A program made the translations under genes and the position numbers. A stretch of 64,000 nt of DNA from an uncultured Actinomycetes bacterium (GTDB lineage Bacteria > Actinomycetota > UBA4738 > HRBIN12): contig CAVRAV010000001.1 of NCBI GenBank assembly GCA_963719165.1, positions 1,829,215 through 1,893,214 on the forward strand, read 5' to 3'. Positions 62,720 to 64,000 of the stretch are shown piece by piece. The notes under the pieces were generated by a model, which was not told the origin of the DNA, did no database searches, and saw nothing but the letters and a program-made list of their open reading frames with translations. Position 1 is the first letter of the stretch. Every line of letters starts with the position of its first letter.

Positions 62720-64000
62720 TCCAGATGTGCTTGGCCTCGAGGTAGTCCTCTACGCCCTCCCTGCCGAGCTCTCGTCCGATCCCCGACTGTTTGTAGCCCC
62801 CCCACGGGGCCTCGGTCGGCGCGGGCTGGGTGTCGTTGATCCACACGATTCCGGCGCGTAACGATTTGGCCGTGTTGATGGCCTTCTTGATGTCGTTCGT
62901 CCACACGGCGGCGGCCAGTCCATATTCGTTGTCGTTGGACAACTCGATCACCTCCTCGGGGCTCGTGAACGGGATCACGGACATCACGGGACCGAAGATC
63001 TCCTCTCGAGCGATGCGCGCGTCGTTCGCGACGTCGGAGAAGATGGTGGGCGGGACGAAATAACCTCCGGCCAGGCGAGGATCCGCGGGCAGTCGCCCCT
63101 GCGCTGCCAGCGTGGCCTCGGAGCGCCCGACCTCGATGTACCCCTGCACACGCTCTTGTTGTTCCTTCGAAACGAGCGGGCCCATCGTGGTGCCTTCGGA
63201 CAGTCCGTCACCCATCACGACGTCGTTGGCGTGCTGCACGAGAGCGCTCAGGGCGTCGTCGTAGATCGCGCGCTCGATGAACACGCGCGAGCCCGCCGAA
63301 CAGATCTCGCCCTGGTTCCAGAAGATGCCGTTCGCGCTGCCCTGGATCGCGGCGTCGAAGTCGGCGTCTGCGAACACGATGTTCGGCGATTTGCCTCCGA
63401 GCTCGAGCGTGACGCGCTTGAGCGTGTCGGCTCCGCTGCGCATGATCACCTTGCCGACCACTTTCGAGCCCGTGAATCCCACCTTGTCCACCTTGGGGCT
63501 CGCCACCAGCGGCGCTCCCGCGGTCTCACCGAACCCCGTGATCACGTTCAGCACGCCCGCCGGGAGGCCCGCCTCCTCCAGGATCTTGGGGATCTCCAGG
63601 GCCGTGAGCGGGGTCTGTTCGGCAGGCTTGAGCACGAGCGTGCATCCGGCAGCGATGGCGGGGGCCACCTTCTGCACCGCCATCGGCATGGGGTAGTTCC
63701 ACGGGGTGATGGCGGCGGCCACGCCCATCGGCTCCTTCACCACCAGGGACATCGCCTCGTTGCCCACGGGTGGGATGTACCCGTCGATCTTGGTCGCCCA
63801 TCCGCCGTAGTACTCGAACATGAAGGCGACCTCTTCGAGGTCGTCGCGAGCCTCGCCCACGGGCTTTCCGCAGTCAAGGGACTCGAGCGCCGCGAGGCGA
63901 TCGAGCTCACGCCGCATGATCTCCGCGGCGCGAAGCAAGATCCGCCCGCGATCGCGCCCGGTGAGCCCGGGCCACCACGCGCCTGCGTCGAAGGTCCGCC
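62703..64000 (-). CDS. Aldehyde dehydrogenase, partial (N-terminus beyond the window end)
   Basis: ITPWNYPMPM...ELGGKSPNIVF...NQGEICSAGSRVFIE are ALDH catalytic motifs. The ORF continues past 64000. Confidence 0.85.
   Translation of the reverse strand, partial: RTFDAGAWWPGLTGRDRGRILLRAAEIMRRELDRLAALESLDCGKPVGEARDDLEEVAFMFEYYGGWATKIDGYIPPVGNEAMSLVVKEPMGVAAAITPWNYPMPMAVQKVAPAIAAGCTLVLKPAEQTPLTALEIPKILEEAGLPAGVLNVITGFGETAGAPLVASPKVDKVGFTGSKVVGKVIMRSGADTLKRVTLELGGKSPNIVFADADFDAAIQGSANGIFWNQGEICSAGSRVFIERAIYDDALSALVQHANDVVMGDGLSEGTTMGPLVSKEQQERVQGYIEVGRSEATLAAQGRLPADPRLAGGYFVPPTIFSDVANDARIAREEIFGPVMSVIPFTSPEEVIELSNDNEYGLAAAVWTNDIKKAINTAKSLRAGIVWINDTQPAPTEAPWGGYKQSGIGRELGREGVEDYLEAKHIWINLAD

Overview
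High-GC (~70%) bacterial chromosomal window, probably from an actinobacterium or a similar lineage. It is a dense catabolic region for choline, glycine betaine, sarcosine and polyamines. I found no rRNA, tRNA, CRISPR, IS element or prophage. From left to right the window contains: ilvD (partial); a PuuB/OrdL-like FAD oxidoreductase; an EamA transporter; two acyl-CoA dehydrogenases; a Tat-secreted phosphoesterase; a heavily frameshifted ADP-forming acyl-CoA synthetase pseudogene, with an intact paralog at 52.7-54.8 kb; a CrtI-like oxidoreductase with a divergent TetR gene; nucleoside hydrolase and ribokinase; and a minus-strand operon of Rieske oxygenase, serine hydrolase, a DMGDH-family enzyme and an arginase-family enzyme. 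Further right are a Tat-secreted amine oxidase, a gnd-zwf pair with convergent pgl, a YpfJ metallopeptidase, IclR plus a cysteine-synthase-like gene, and the heterotetrameric sarcosine oxidase operon soxBDAG. The soxB/soxD junction carries a 6x26-bp tandem repeat. The centrepiece is a roughly 9-kb minus-strand operon (44289 to 35359). It encodes a second DMGDH-family flavoenzyme, a B12-binding corrinoid protein, an unknown 102-aa protein, a methyl-THF:corrinoid methyltransferase, an ASKHA/2Fe-2S reductive activase, a non-pyrrolysine MttB-family methyltransferase (MtgB-like) and MetF. This is a corrinoid-dependent quaternary-amine demethylation module, of the type known from anaerobes, wired directly into oxygen-dependent betA/aldehyde-DH, ProVWX, DMGDH and Sox genes. 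The window ends with an enoyl-CoA hydratase / ACS(ADP) / EamA operon, a second amine oxidase, a Pot-type polyamine ABC transporter, an MFS transporter and a partial aldehyde dehydrogenase. Several otherwise conserved genes carry single frameshifts, one of them in a G6 homopolymer. These are either sequencing errors or real pseudogenes.
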